A stretch of 64,000 bases of DNA from Glaucostegus cemiculus (lineage: Eukaryota): the NCBI GenBank assembly GCA_976551045.1, contig CDPCPM010000037.1, positions 8,060,001-8,124,000 on the forward strand, written 5' to 3'. Made by a program: the position numbers and the translations under genes. Positions 63,455 to 64,000 of the stretch are shown in pieces (position 1 is the first letter of the stretch; every line of letters starts with the position of its first letter). The notes under the pieces are model-generated. The model searched no databases and was not told the DNA's origin. It worked only from the letters and a program-made list of their open reading frames with translations.

Positions 63455-63690
63455 GATACAGACTCTAAATAGGTCATTGAATGATATTTCATCCTTTCTT
63501 CTCTGGTACCTAGGTTCAAATTTGACTTGAAATGATGAGATAAAATCTCTTTTCAATCTTTGCCTATGAGTGCCTGAAATGAATTGAATTTATGTGATTT
63601 CCCAGTGTGTATGTATGTTGGCACTAATTGGCAATCTCACCCATAAACTGGCATGATTTCTGAGCTGGTTAAAATACCTGTTCTGGTGGC
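63455..63690 (+). mobile_element. Ancient LF-SINE-like fragment
   Basis: cctttcttctctgg...ggttcaaat (box B), tgaaatgaattg and ttggcactaattggca resemble the LF-SINE consensus as recalled; not checked by alignment. Confidence 0.4.
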
Positions 63691-64000
63691 TGATGGTTGA
63701 TTTAAATAAGAATCAAGAAAAACAAAATAAATAGTTATGTAACAGTGATGCAAATGGGTACTTTGCCCTGGCTGTTATTACTTCAGTCATGACTGAGTTC
63801 CATTTTTCAGCATCTTCATCATCATCACTCAGTTTAAAGATAGTAAGGATGATAACAATGACCAAACTCCTTGCTGGACTTAGAGGTTCAAGGGCTTCAA
63901 GGGTACTGGAGAACCTTTGGGGGTTGAAACCATCACAGAATATATTCAACATTATGTGGGCTTTGCAGACTGAGTCAGCACTTATTTTTCCATCCCTTGG

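Overview
Eukaryotic, AT-rich, non-genic (intronic or intergenic) vertebrate DNA. Its repeat content (V-domain tRNA-derived HE1-like SINEs, DeuSINE/SacSINE1-like SINEs, CR1, RTE, Rex1/Babar, L2 and Tx1 LINEs) points to a cartilaginous fish, probably a batoid; this is inferred from repeat families only. No host protein-coding gene could be identified, and nearly all ORFs in the track are transposon remnants or chance. Main features: a 5'-truncated, decayed 2.65-kb CR1 (14045-16698); three solo LTRs of one family with 5-bp TSDs; a decayed Gypsy gag interrupted by a Tx1 insertion with a 12-bp TSD; and a young CpG-rich 860-bp non-autonomous retroelement with a 5' YY1 motif. The most interesting signal is a set of six short Penelope-like elements, several TSD-flanked and several palindromic, carrying a minimal type I hammerhead-ribozyme motif (best copy 39771-39808, minus strand). 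There is also an unexplained 29-bp-stem pre-miRNA-like hairpin (13154-13220). Family names come from recognising motifs by eye, not from database searches, and boundaries without a stated TSD are approximate.
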